Origin: Leptonemataceae bacterium
Lineage (GTDB): Bacteria; Spirochaetota; Leptospiria; Leptospirales; Leptonemataceae
Assembly (NCBI GenBank): GCA_965227295.1
Contig: OZ245742.1
Span: 2,624,001 to 2,688,000, forward strand
Direction of reading: 5' to 3'
DNA: 64,000 nucleotides
In this document: positions 18,485 through 28,701 of the stretch, one piece after another
How positions within the stretch are numbered: the first letter of the stretch is position 1
How the letters are laid out: every line of letters begins with the position of its first letter
Program-made: the position numbers and the translations under genes
Notes under the pieces: generated by a model
Databases searched by the model: none
The model's input: only the letters and a program-made list of their open reading frames with translations
What the model was told of the DNA's origin: nothing

Positions 18485-18724
18485 CCAAATGATGGCAAAA
18501 AATGGTTTCGGAGCCGATCGTTGTATTACTTGAGATTTTTGTAGTTTGATCGGTCCGGGCGCCATTGGCAGGCGCCGTCGGTTTCAGGATTTTTTGAATT
18601 TCTTCTGTATGAAAGCGACGGAAAGGGCGACTCTTTTTCAGAGTATTTCGTACTTTTAACCGACACTCTATAAAAGCAGGCGTGGCCTACAGGCCTCGTC
18701 CGAATCCAGCAGGCACAACCGGGA

Positions 18725-19672
18725 ATGCGTATCAAACTTTGGGGAGTACGAGGATCGATTCCGACGCCCCTGAGCTCCAATGAGTATCGGCGGCGACTGA
18801 AGTCGGCGCTGGAGCACGCCCGCGGTCGCTGGGAGTCCGACCCGGACGTGAGCCCGGAGACCCTCCTTGCCGAACTTTCTCCCGACATCCGCAAGCTCGT
18901 CGGCGGGGAGACCACCTGCGTCGAGGTCCGTTCCGGTGAGGACCAGCTCATCGTCGACCTCGGCACCGGTGCCCGCCGTCTGGGCTACGACATGATGGCC
19001 CGCGGATTCAAGGGCGACGTGCACGTCCTCGTTACGCATACGCACTGGGATCACATCCAGGGCTGGCCGTTTTTCATTCCCGGCTATATTCCCGACAATA
19101 CCGTGCACTTTCATTCGTGCATTGAGAACTGCCACGAACGCTTCCAGCGCCAGCAACACTTCGATCACTTCCCCGTGGAATTCGACGCCATGATGTCGAA
19201 AAAGGAATTTCACATTTACCAGCCCGGCGACTCTTTCGAGGTGGGCCCGTTTACCGTGAAGACCGTGGGACTCATGCACCCCGGCGGTTCGGTGGCCTAT
19301 CGCATCGAAGCCGGCGGCAAGGTCTTTGTCTTCGCCACGGACACCGAGTTTTTCGGCGAGGACCTGGAAGGGCAGATCGAAAAGCATCGTCCGTTCTTCG
19401 AAAACGCCGATCTCCTGGTAATGGACGCTCAGTATACGTTAGACGAGGCCGAGCAAAAGGTCGGCTGGGGCCACACGGCCATGCGCATCGCCGCGGAGTG
19501 TTCCCTGAAATGGAAGGCGAAGCGTCTGCTGCTCACCCATCACGAACCGGCGCACCACGACGATACCATCCACGATCTCTTCGTCGAAACCGAAAAGTTC
19601 GTCGAAGCCAATGCGAACGGGCACAAGCCGGAAATCGCCCTCGCCTACGAGAATGACGAGTACGAGCTGTAA
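18725..19672 (+). CDS. MBL-fold metallo-hydrolase (phosphodiesterase-like)
   Basis: WGVRGSIP, GGETTCVE, THTHWDHIQG, TDTE, DAQY, GWGH, THHEP. Confidence 0.88.
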   Translation: MRIKLWGVRGSIPTPLSSNEYRRRLKSALEHARGRWESDPDVSPETLLAELSPDIRKLVGGETTCVEVRSGEDQLIVDLGTGARRLGYDMMARGFKGDVHVLVTHTHWDHIQGWPFFIPGYIPDNTVHFHSCIENCHERFQRQQHFDHFPVEFDAMMSKKEFHIYQPGDSFEVGPFTVKTVGLMHPGGSVAYRIEAGGKVFVFATDTEFFGEDLEGQIEKHRPFFENADLLVMDAQYTLDEAEQKVGWGHTAMRIAAECSLKWKAKRLLLTHHEPAHHDDTIHDLFVETEKFVEANANGHKPEIALAYENDEYEL

Positions 19673-19687
19673 CGGCCCCCCTTGCGT

Positions 19688-20857
19688 TTACGCGCTGGGT
19701 TTTCCGCGCACGCCCCAGGTGACGTTCACGTTCAGGTAGTAGTTGCTTACCGTCGCCACGATGATGCCGATGGCGTTGTTCAAGTACGAACGCAATCCTT
19801 CGTAGACGTACGGCGACAGAAAGCCGTTGGTGTGCAGCAATTGAAAGACCGACCACTGCACGATCAAACCGAACATCGAGATCAACTGAAACAAGAGCAG
19901 GCCGCGCAGGAGTTTGCCGACGCCGCGGTGACGTTGTTCGTAAAAGGTGATGTAGTTGTTCAGGACGTAGTTCGTGAGAATGCTCAACTGAATGCCGAAT
20001 GGCACCGAGAGATACACGGGATCGAGCATGGGGAAAAAGCCCGTGTTGAAACGCGGTAGTTCCAGGAACTCGCCGAGGGCGAAGCCGGCCAGGTTCACCA
20101 CGACGCCCGTGGAGCCGACGAAGGCGTACATCATGAACGTGGACGACAGGTAGCGGCCGAAGCGCATGTCGTAGAGCGCGATGAGATAGTTGCGAATGAC
20201 CGAGCCGGACAGTTTCGTTTCACCATGGCGGCGCAACTGGAACGTGTAGCCGACCTCTTTGACCTTGAGGCCCGGATTGCGGCCGATGAACTCCAGGAGA
20301 ATCTTGAAGCCCACCGGATTGATGCGTTCGACGCACTCCGTAAACAGTTTGCGAGTGACGACGAAGAAACCGCTCATGGGATCCTTCACGTTCACGGGCA
20401 GCAGCATCTTCGCGAGGAAAGCCGCGCCCCAGGACATGAAGCGTCGGCGTTTCGAGAACTCACCGTAGCTGCCGCCGTCCACGCCGCGCGAGCCGACGAC
20501 CAGGTCGCTGCCTTCTTCGTCGATGCAGCGAATCATTTCGGGGAGGATCTTTTCGTCGTGCTGGAGGTCGGCGTCCATGACTGCCAGGCAACGTCCCTTC
20601 GCCGCGGTCATACCGGTGACGACGGCCGAGGACAGACCCCGCTCGTTGAGCCGGCGGATGCAACGCACGTTGGTTTTTTCGAGGGAGAGTTCTTCGGCCA
20701 CGCGCCAGGTGCCGTCGGGAGAGTTGTCGTCCACGACGAGGACCTCGTGGGGAATGCCGGCGTTGCTGAAGACCTGCTCCAGGCGTTGGATTAAGATGGG
20801 GACGTTCTGCGCTTCGTTGTAGGTAGGCAGGATGACGGATACGACTGGTTGCTGCAT
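19688..20857 (-). CDS. GT2 polyprenol-phosphate mannosyltransferase-like protein with GtrA-like C-terminus
   Basis: ILPTYNE, VDDNSPDGT, MDADLQH, DPMSGFF; C-terminal TMs. Confidence 0.88.
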   Translation of the reverse strand: MQQPVVSVILPTYNEAQNVPILIQRLEQVFSNAGIPHEVLVVDDNSPDGTWRVAEELSLEKTNVRCIRRLNERGLSSAVVTGMTAAKGRCLAVMDADLQHDEKILPEMIRCIDEEGSDLVVGSRGVDGGSYGEFSKRRRFMSWGAAFLAKMLLPVNVKDPMSGFFVVTRKLFTECVERINPVGFKILLEFIGRNPGLKVKEVGYTFQLRRHGETKLSGSVIRNYLIALYDMRFGRYLSSTFMMYAFVGSTGVVVNLAGFALGEFLELPRFNTGFFPMLDPVYLSVPFGIQLSILTNYVLNNYITFYEQRHRGVGKLLRGLLLFQLISMFGLIVQWSVFQLLHTNGFLSPYVYEGLRSYLNNAIGIIVATVSNYYLNVNVTWGVRGKPSA

Positions 20858-20889
20858 GAAAAGCTACCGGTTCGCGCCGCCGACGCCTC

Positions 20890-21555
20890 TTAGTTGTCGC
20901 TGATGCAGGTGACCCGACCGCTGAATACCGAACCGTTGCCGACCATTTCAAATTCCAGATCGGCGAAAGCAACCTCGTTTTGGTCGCCGTTCAACCGGAA
21001 GCCGCGCTCCCACTTGATGATGCCGGACTGGGCCTGGAACGAAAGCACCGGCACGATGGACGTAAAGATGAACGTGCTCGAACCGCCGCAGGATACGCCG
21101 TCGGTGGTCTCGCAGGTGGGGTTACCGTCGGTGCCGTTGCAGTTGATGAAGTCCGTGGTGAAACAGGTCTGGACCGTGGACGTAACCGGGGTGAGGCGGA
21201 AGGACTCGGCCGTGCGGTCGTAGTCGTACTTCATGAACAGGCTTTCGCCGGTTTCGAATTGATAGAACGAGTTGATGGCGAACGTGTCGCTGTCGGACTC
21301 CGAGGACGAGCTGTCGCCGCTGTCACCGGAGGCATCGTCGGTGCTGCCGGCGGTGGCGCTGCCGCAGGTGGTGGTCAGCGTATTGTCCACTTCCGCCACG
21401 AACTGATAGATGCCGCCGAGGGTGCTGGCCGCGGGGCCGAGAAGGTAGGCATCGGCGCGCTCCTCGTCGTTGGAGCAGGCTCCGTACAAAAAGAGAATTA
21501 GAACACTCGCCAGGATGGCGCGGATACAGAGTAGATTGCTGCCTGTGTGTTTCAT
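20890..21555 (-). CDS. Putative lipoprotein
   Basis: LFLYGAC lipobox; Ser/Asp linker; several Cys. Confidence 0.7.
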   Translation of the reverse strand: MKHTGSNLLCIRAILASVLILFLYGACSNDEERADAYLLGPAASTLGGIYQFVAEVDNTLTTTCGSATAGSTDDASGDSGDSSSSESDSDTFAINSFYQFETGESLFMKYDYDRTAESFRLTPVTSTVQTCFTTDFINCNGTDGNPTCETTDGVSCGGSSTFIFTSIVPVLSFQAQSGIIKWERGFRLNGDQNEVAFADLEFEMVGNGSVFSGRVTCISDN

Positions 21556-21690
21556 GTGGGCGTCCGGTCGCACGGCGACGTATATGCCGTATCGGGAAAT
21601 TGCAGTAGCAAAATATAGTCGGGCGCCGAAAAATTTCAAAAAATTTTCGCGGCCCGCGGAGGTGCTTTATGTCGCGCGAAGAGAGGATGA

Positions 21691-21836
21691 ACTCCGAGGA
21701 CCGAGGTGCCGAGGGAAAAGTGTGAGGGCGGTTTTTTCCTGCACGCGGCCGGGTTACGAATGCTTGCGTCGCCCGACCGCTCATCATTTTGATCTTCTTC
21801 TCTTCTTAAAACTCCCGGCACCTCGGTCCTCGGAGT
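21691..21836. repeat. Inverted pair of short REP-like elements (CCGAG/CAGAG triplet family)
   Basis: ACTCCGAGGACCGAGGTGCCG ... CGGCACCTCGGTCCTCGGAGT. Confidence 0.75.
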
Positions 21837-21855
21837 CAAAAAAGAAAATAAAAAC

Positions 21856-22458
21856 TCACCCTCCGTTCGCGCGGATCAAGTTGAGGAACTCCATGCGTGT
21901 GCTTTCGTTTTCCCGGAAGAGGCCGTGCATGGAACTCGTGAACACCTCGGAGTTCTGTTTCTCCACGCCGCGCATCATCATGCACATGTGCTTGCACTTT
22001 ACGACGACGCCCACGCCGCGGGGTTGCAGGACTTCCTGCATGGCCTCCGCGATCTGCACGGTCATGCGTTCCTGCACCTGCAGCCGCCGACCGAACATGT
22101 CCACGATGCGGGCCATCTTGGAAAGGCCGATGACCTTCTCGCCTGGAATGTAACCGATGTGCGCGCGGCCGTAGAACGGGAGCATGTGGTGTTCGCACAT
22201 ACTGTAGACCTCGATGTCTCGCGCGATGACCATGCCGTCGTTGGCGTCCGAGAAGACCGCGTCGTTGACGATGTCTTCGAGCTTCATGCGATAACCGCTG
22301 GTCAAGAAATCGTAGGCCCGGGCCACCCGGTGCGGCGTATCCAGCAGACCCTCGCGCCCGGCGTCCTCACCGATGGCGCCCAGGATCTTCGTGACACTGC
22401 CCGCGACCGTATCCTGATCGATACTTTCTTTCGGCATATAACGATCAAATTCACTCAC
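21856..22458 (-). CDS. folE: GTP cyclohydrolase I
   Basis: [47 protein letters not shown]. Confidence 0.97.
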   Translation of the reverse strand: MSEFDRYMPKESIDQDTVAGSVTKILGAIGEDAGREGLLDTPHRVARAYDFLTSGYRMKLEDIVNDAVFSDANDGMVIARDIEVYSMCEHHMLPFYGRAHIGYIPGEKVIGLSKMARIVDMFGRRLQVQERMTVQIAEAMQEVLQPRGVGVVVKCKHMCMMMRGVEKQNSEVFTSSMHGLFRENESTRMEFLNLIRANGG

Positions 22459-22504
22459 AGCAATCTCCTATGGCAACTTCACCAACTCAGGCAACTTCAA
22501 CAAC

Positions 22505-23842
22505 TTACTCAACCGCGGCGCGTTCGGCGGCCCTTTCTCGCAGTTGCATGAGTTCCATTTCGAAGTGCGAGAACGGTTCGCGTCGCAGGTAGAGTCGATT
22601 GAGCAGGTCGATGTAGACCAGGCCGCCGGAGTAGAGTTCGAAACCGCGGGCGACGAGCGGAAGTTCGCGGCGCGTGTTGCGCAAAGGATTCCAGTAGAAC
22701 ATCTTTTCCCGCTGCAACGTGAGAAAGGCCCGCCGGTCGCGGATGAACACCATGTGCGGTAACACGCGGGCGTCGAAGCCCTTGCCGAGATTGACGCTGT
22801 CCTTCGTGGCCGCTCCGCCGCCGGACGGAAAACGCAACGCGTGCAACTGGCGCTTGCCGGCGCCGCCCGTGTAGACGAAGGCCAGGGCCCGGGAGAATCC
22901 GTGGCTGTCGTCGTCGCTTCCGTTCGGCTCGTCGTTCAACTCGGCGTCGGTGAGCGTGTCGCCCTCGAAGACGCCGTAGATCACCGGTCGGGCAAAGCCG
23001 GTTTTCCCGGCGGATACCTTCGTTACGTTCGTTCGGCGTCCGGAGTAATAGTAGAGATCGTAGTATCCCGCGGCGCCGTAGAAGATGAGCAGTCCGCGCC
23101 GGCCGGTTTGATGCAGCGTAAACTGATTCGTGATGTTTTTGTACTTCGGCGGGAACTTTGCCGCCGGCAGTTCGGCCGGGGATTCGTCGCCGCCGGGCTC
23201 GTCGGCGTGTTCGGAGGCGTAGGGATTCTGCAAGGGCGTGAACTTCAAACCGCCCTTCTCGGCGTAGTAGTAGTACGCGCCGTCGTCGCTGACCATGGGC
23301 AATTCGTCGCAGTCATGATCCGGAAGGTCGCCGGCGTCTTCGCCGCCGGAGGCCAGGAGTCGGGCCGAGCCTTCGCGCAGGGCCAGGACGTACGGCCGGC
23401 AGCCGCTACCGTTCTTGTTTTCCGCGGATTCGAGTTCGGCGCTGACCACCCCGTAGCGTCCGCCGTAAGATAGAGTGAAGTCCCGCAGACGCCGGCCGTC
23501 GAAGTAGGTGTAATCGCCCTCGGCGTTCGTCTGCCGGAAGTGGAACTCGTCGTCCTGGAGCCAGGCCGCGACGCTGCCGTTCATGCTGCGCCGGAGCAAG
23601 CGGTGTTTGCGCTCGTTATTGAGCGGGGTGGAGAGCTCGCGGTTCGTTTCTATGAGATGTTCGTTGATTTCTTCGAGGGCTGAGGCGGCCTGGGTCGGGC
23701 CGCTGTCGATTTTCGTCGACAGTCGCTGGATGGTTTCTTCAGGGGTCTCGCCGCAGGCGACGGAGAGCAGCAGAAGCACGGGCGCCACCCGAACTGCGAA
23801 ACGAAAAGAGGCGGCCGGAGGGGCCGGACGGCGCAAGATCAT
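22505..23842 (-). CDS. Hypothetical lipoprotein
   Basis: LLLSVAC lipobox; long open frame with typical codon usage. Confidence 0.7.
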   Translation of the reverse strand: MILRRPAPPAASFRFAVRVAPVLLLLSVACGETPEETIQRLSTKIDSGPTQAASALEEINEHLIETNRELSTPLNNERKHRLLRRSMNGSVAAWLQDDEFHFRQTNAEGDYTYFDGRRLRDFTLSYGGRYGVVSAELESAENKNGSGCRPYVLALREGSARLLASGGEDAGDLPDHDCDELPMVSDDGAYYYYAEKGGLKFTPLQNPYASEHADEPGGDESPAELPAAKFPPKYKNITNQFTLHQTGRRGLLIFYGAAGYYDLYYYSGRRTNVTKVSAGKTGFARPVIYGVFEGDTLTDAELNDEPNGSDDDSHGFSRALAFVYTGGAGKRQLHALRFPSGGGAATKDSVNLGKGFDARVLPHMVFIRDRRAFLTLQREKMFYWNPLRNTRRELPLVARGFELYSGGLVYIDLLNRLYLRREPFSHFEMELMQLRERAAERAAVE

Positions 23843-23943
23843 ACCGTCAATGTCGTTGCCCTGGCCTGTACGAAAACACTTTTTACTCGCTCACTTAAGG
23901 CGCTCTGAAAACCTGGGGGAAATCCCTTATTCCGTACTGAACT

Positions 23944-26007
23944 ATGAGCAAGAAGAAACCGGCCGCGAAGAAAGCCGCGAAAAAGACCGCGAAGGCAACA
24001 GCAAAGAAGACCGCGGCAAAGAAGGCAACGAAAGCCGCGAAGCAGGCTGCCGGAAAAACTGCGAAGAAAGTCGCGAACAAAGCCGTCGCGAAATCGGCAG
24101 TCAAAAAATATCCTGCCCCGGCAAAAAAAGGCGGAGCCCCGACTGCGCAGGCGACGGTCGTCGGTGGCGTGCGCGAGTTGCGCGCCGGCATTGACGCCGA
24201 CTGGCTCGCCGCCGCCTACGCGCGGCGCAGCGAGTGCGGCGCTTTCCGCGGCGACGATCACGGCACCACCGTGGGCGTCTGCGGCTGGGCCTTTCGCTAT
24301 CGTGACCAGGGCGGCTGCGTGTTCGTGGACCTGCGGGACCGCAGCGGTCTCGTGCAGTTGGTCTTTGATCAGTCGGTGATCGGTGAGCGTTTCGCCGAGG
24401 CCGAGAAGATTCGCCACGAATTCGTCGTCGCCGCCGCCGGTACGGTACGGCGCCGGACGCCGGAGAACGTGAATCCGAAGCTTGCCACCGGGGCGGTGGA
24501 AATTCTCGTGAAAGAGTTTTCGATTCTGAGCGCGGCCGAGACGCCGCCGTTTTCCCTCGAGGACTTCGTCGACGTGCACGAGGACATCCGCTTAAAGTAC
24601 CGCTATCTGGACTTACGCCGGGACGACCTGGCCCAGGCCATGCGCAAACGTTCACAACTCTGCATGGCCATTCGTCGTTTTCTGGAAACCGAGGGTTTTC
24701 TGGAAGTGGAGACACCCGTGCTCAACAAAAGCACGCCGGAAGGCGCGCGGGACTTTCTCGTGCCGGCCCGCATGGCGCCGGGGGAGTTCTTCGCCCTGCC
24801 GCAGTCGCCGCAGTTGTTCAAGCAAATCCTGATGATGGGCGGCATCGAGAAATACTTTCAGATCGTGAAGTGTTTTCGTGACGAGGACCTGCGCGCCGAT
24901 CGCCAGCCGGAGTTCACGCAGCTCGACATGGAGATGTCCTTCGTGAACGAAGAAGACGTCATCGACGTCATCGAGCGCCTGTGGGCGAGCGTAATTAAGG
25001 AAGTCTTCGACGTAACGATGGAGTTACCGGTGCCGGTGCTGTCGTACAAAGACGCCATGGAACGCTACGGCGTGGATCGACCGGACGTGCGCTTCGGCAC
25101 CGAACTGGTGGACGTCGCGGACATTGCCAGGAAGAGCGAGTTCAAGGTATTCCATACCGTGCTGGAAAACGGCGGGCGCGTGAAGGCGTTGCCGGTGCCC
25201 GGCGGCGCCGCGCTGTCGCGCAAAGACATTGACGACCTTACCGAATGGGTGGGCCGGGACTTCGGCGCGAAGGGCCTCGCCTGGATGAAGCACGAAGACG
25301 GCGGCCTCAAATCGGCGATCACGAAGTTCTTTTCGGAAGACGTCTTAGCTGAATTTGCAACGAAGTTAGGCACGAAACCCGGCGACATCGTCTTCTTCGG
25401 CGCCGATCACGAAAGCGTGGTGCATGCGACGTTGGGAAATTTACGCGTTCGTCTCGCGAAGAAGCTGGAGTTGATCCCGGCCGAAAACAAGTGGGGTTTC
25501 GTGTGGATTCGCGACTTTCCGCTGTTCGAGCGCGATCACAAGAGCGGCGAGATCTATTCGGTGCATCATCCGTTCACCGCGCCGCGGGAGGATCAGCTCG
25601 ATGTGGTGCAGGACCCGGCGCGTTTTCAGCAAGAAGCTACGAACGTGCTGTCTCGCGCTTACGACCTGGTGCTCAACGGCAACGAGATCGGCGGCGGTTC
25701 GATTCGTATTCATCGCACCGACGTGCAGTCGGCGATCTTTACCGCGCTGGGCATTTCCGAGGAAGAGGCGAGCGAACGTTTCGGTTTCTTTACGGAGGCG
25801 CTGAAGTACGGCACGCCTCCTCACGGCGGCATTGCCTTCGGCATCGACCGCGTGCTGATGTTGTTCCTCGGCCGCGAATCCATTCGCGACGTTATGGCCT
25901 TTCCGAAAACGCAGAAGGGCAGCGATCTCATGGCCGAGTCGCCCTCGCCCGTGGATGCGAAACAGTTGTTGGAATTGGGCATTACGGTGAAGGCGCCGGC
26001 GAAGTAG
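23944..26007 (+). CDS. aspS: Aspartate--tRNA ligase with Lys/Ala-rich N-terminal extension
   Basis: RYLDLRR, TPEGARDF, LPQSPQLFKQ, CFRDEDLRADRQPEFTQLD, GGGSIRIH, PPHGGIAFGIDR. Confidence 0.97.
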   Translation: MSKKKPAAKKAAKKTAKATAKKTAAKKATKAAKQAAGKTAKKVANKAVAKSAVKKYPAPAKKGGAPTAQATVVGGVRELRAGIDADWLAAAYARRSECGAFRGDDHGTTVGVCGWAFRYRDQGGCVFVDLRDRSGLVQLVFDQSVIGERFAEAEKIRHEFVVAAAGTVRRRTPENVNPKLATGAVEILVKEFSILSAAETPPFSLEDFVDVHEDIRLKYRYLDLRRDDLAQAMRKRSQLCMAIRRFLETEGFLEVETPVLNKSTPEGARDFLVPARMAPGEFFALPQSPQLFKQILMMGGIEKYFQIVKCFRDEDLRADRQPEFTQLDMEMSFVNEEDVIDVIERLWASVIKEVFDVTMELPVPVLSYKDAMERYGVDRPDVRFGTELVDVADIARKSEFKVFHTVLENGGRVKALPVPGGAALSRKDIDDLTEWVGRDFGAKGLAWMKHEDGGLKSAITKFFSEDVLAEFATKLGTKPGDIVFFGADHESVVHATLGNLRVRLAKKLELIPAENKWGFVWIRDFPLFERDHKSGEIYSVHHPFTAPREDQLDVVQDPARFQQEATNVLSRAYDLVLNGNEIGGGSIRIHRTDVQSAIFTALGISEEEASERFGFFTEALKYGTPPHGGIAFGIDRVLMLFLGRESIRDVMAFPKTQKGSDLMAESPSPVDAKQLLELGITVKAPAK

Positions 26008-26305
26008 GGGGCTTACGCCTGAAGATAGCAGGTGATTCTTTATGACAATTCGCGAGCGACGAGATTCAGTGCCGTTAGCGTAGTTGTGACGACCTGGATC
26101 GTTCGTTGCATCACAGTCTTATTTGCATGCCAGAACCGTGACCGTACGTGTATCTTTTTAAGTTGATGCCATGAAACAATCTCCTGAATAAACTGTTGGT
26201 CTCGGAAAGAGAATTGATTTCGAATCGAACCGGGTAAGTTGCTTCCTGAGAAGATCATTGTAGGATCTTGGACGAATCTTATGCTAAGGTCGATCAGGGA
26301 TGGAA

Positions 26306-26433
26306 TTGGGCGCGTCCCGGCCGCCAGGCCCAGGCGGCCGGGACCGGGCTGCTCCGGGCTCCGCTATCGCTTCGGTCTCGCGAAGACGCGAGACTCGCGC
26401 TGGGCGCGACCCTGCGCATCCCTCGCGCGAAGA
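26306..26433 (+). repeat. Structured intergenic repeat, copy 3
   Basis: TTGGGCGCG...CCCTCGCGCGAAGA. Confidence 0.8.
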
Positions 26434-26474
26434 AGCATGCGTTATATCTTATCAGCAAGCCGAGGTGCTCTACC

Positions 26475-26966
26475 ATGACGAAGAGACAATCTGCGAAGCA
26501 ATCATCCAAAAAGTCCGCAAAAAAGGCCGCGAAAAAATCATCTTACAATGCCGCGAACAAGACCGTGCCTACGAAACGCAGTGCGAAGGACGTCATCGCC
26601 GCGGTCGCGAACGAGCAGAAACGCAAAGACAGCGAGGCGCTCGTGAAGTTGATGCGCAAGGTCACCGGCAAGTCGCCCGTGGCCTGGGGCAACATGATCG
26701 GCTTCGGCAAGTATCATTACAAATACGAAAGCGGGCGCGAGGGCGATATGTTCCTCACCGGTTTCGCGCCGCGGGCCCAGAACCTGGTCGTCTACGTAAT
26801 GCCCGGGTTTTCCGGAGCGCAGGACTTATTGCAACGCCTGGGAAAACACAAGACCGGCAAGTCGTGTTTGTACATCAATAAGCTGGCGGACGTGGATGCG
26901 GGCGTGCTGGAAGAACTGGTGCGGCGTTCGTACGAACACATGTGCGCGAAGTACGGGGTGGGGTGA
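26475..26966 (+). CDS. DUF1801 domain protein
   Basis: NKTVPT, WGNMIGFGKYHYKYESGREGD, GFAPR, LGKHKTGKSCLYINKL. Confidence 0.85.
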   Translation: MTKRQSAKQSSKKSAKKAAKKSSYNAANKTVPTKRSAKDVIAAVANEQKRKDSEALVKLMRKVTGKSPVAWGNMIGFGKYHYKYESGREGDMFLTGFAPRAQNLVVYVMPGFSGAQDLLQRLGKHKTGKSCLYINKLADVDAGVLEELVRRSYEHMCAKYGVG

Positions 26967-26968
26967 GC

Positions 26969-28318
26969 TTACTCCAACCCCGCGTACAATTCCCGAAACT
27001 TTGCGTTCGGCACACGCCCGTCCTCGTCCTGGCTTAACTCCGGGCGAATGCGATTTACGTAGTACATATCGATCTCACCTTTGTACTTCACCGGGAAACG
27101 ACCGCGGTGTTCGGTGACGAAGAAATCTTTTACGAAATCGTGAGTCGTGGCGGAGATGTTCACGCGGCCGGTGGTGCCGGAGGATTCCATGCGCGCGGCC
27201 AGGTTCACCGTGTCCCCCCAGATGTCGTAGGCGAACTTGTGTTTGCCCGCGACGCCGGCGACCACGGGGCCGGTGTGAATGCCCACGCGCAGTTCCCAGA
27301 ATTCTTCGCCCAGGTCCCGCTTGATGTCGCGCATCTGGTTCATGAAGGCCTGGATTTCCAGCGCGACCAGGATCGTATCCACGGGATTGGTGCGATTCGC
27401 CTTCGGCAATCCGCCGGCGCACATGTAGCCGTCGCCCAGAGTCTTGATTTTTTCTAACTTATTGCGAGCGACGGTTTCGTCGAAGTAAAAGAAGCACTTG
27501 TCGAGTTCGCCGACGAGGGTGTCCGCGTCCAGGTGGTCGGCGATGTTCGTAAAGCCGACGAAGTCCGTGAACATGACCGTCACCAGCTCGTAGCGACGCG
27601 GGGCGTAACTGCCGTTGCGCTTGAGTTCCACGGCGGTTTCTTCGGGGAGGATGTTCAGCAGCAACTCGTCGGACTTCTTTTTTTCCTCGCTGAGATCCTT
27701 CGTGCGTTCCTGGACCTTGACTTCCAGTTGCAGGCGCTCCTGTTCGATCTGGTCGTAGGCCGAGGCGTTTTCGAGGCAGATGCCCGCCAGGGACGCGAAG
27801 GCCGACAGCAATTCCTCGTCCTCTTCGTTGTATGTTCCGTTGACTTTATTCAGCACCTCAATGGCGCCGATGATGTCGCCCTCATGGCCGCGCAAAGGCA
27901 TGCACAGGATGGAACGCGTACGGTAACCGGACTTCTCGTCGTTGCTGCGATCGAAGCGCGGGTCCTCGTAGGCGTCGGGAATGTTCACGATTTCACCGGT
28001 ACTCGCCACGTGGCCGACGATGCCCTGGCCGGCGGGCAGGCGGATGGCGGAGCCGTCGAGGGTAATGCGCGAAACGAGTTCTCCGCTGCGCCGGTCCACG
28101 AGGAACAGCGACGCAAGATCGCTCTGCATTACGTTCTTCACGCTTTCAATGATGCGCCGGAGCAGGGCCTCGTGGTCGTGCATCTCCGCCATCATGGAAC
28201 GAGCGACCTGCATGAGCCGCGCCAATCGATCCGTACGTTCCTGAAGGCCGCGCACGTACGAGGCGCGGAGATACTTGCGGCCGTCTTTGCCGGTGGTCCA
28301 TGGAGCGGTTTCTTCCAT
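26969..28318 (-). CDS. GAF-domain class III adenylate/guanylate cyclase
   Basis: GAF (DAYEDPRFD..D..SGYRTRSILC); FTDFVGFT, KTLGDGYM, RVGIHTG, YDIWGDTVNLAARME. Confidence 0.92.
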   Translation of the reverse strand: MEETAPWTTGKDGRKYLRASYVRGLQERTDRLARLMQVARSMMAEMHDHEALLRRIIESVKNVMQSDLASLFLVDRRSGELVSRITLDGSAIRLPAGQGIVGHVASTGEIVNIPDAYEDPRFDRSNDEKSGYRTRSILCMPLRGHEGDIIGAIEVLNKVNGTYNEEDEELLSAFASLAGICLENASAYDQIEQERLQLEVKVQERTKDLSEEKKKSDELLLNILPEETAVELKRNGSYAPRRYELVTVMFTDFVGFTNIADHLDADTLVGELDKCFFYFDETVARNKLEKIKTLGDGYMCAGGLPKANRTNPVDTILVALEIQAFMNQMRDIKRDLGEEFWELRVGIHTGPVVAGVAGKHKFAYDIWGDTVNLAARMESSGTTGRVNISATTHDFVKDFFVTEHRGRFPVKYKGEIDMYYVNRIRPELSQDEDGRVPNAKFRELYAGLE

Positions 28319-28549
28319 AAAATCAGAGCGCGAAAAAAACGCGGGGTGAATCTTAACGGCGACGATCGGGCAGGCACTCTTGCGGGTCAAGGTGCAATTG
28401 AGGCGATTGAGGACTTATCACAAAATCAAGGCACACCCGGGAAAGCCCGGTCGACGCCGAAGGCGGCGAGGCGCGCCAAAAATGCATTTTTGAATTTACT
28501 GAGTTTTCAGTCCGAACGTAAAAGCTAACTCATAGCCAGAGAAGATTAG

Positions 28550-28625
28550 TTTGGGCGTTCTCCTCCGCGTTTCGCGCTCGGTGGGGAAGAGCAGGAATTC
28601 CACCCCTCCAATTGCTAACGCAAGA
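28550..28625 (+). repeat. Internally deleted copy (4) of the structured repeat
   Basis: TTTGGGCGTT...CCCCTCCAATTGCTAACGCAAGA. Confidence 0.6.
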
Positions 28626-28701
28626 ATTAGCAGATCAAGGCTGCGTTCCCGTCTTCTGATCTGTCATGTAACGAAAAGAACGAACCGGCTCAGGCCCGGA
28701 T

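Noticed and set aside
22470..22512. Short CAACTT-like degenerate repeats upstream of folE
   Set aside because: Too short and irregular to interpret
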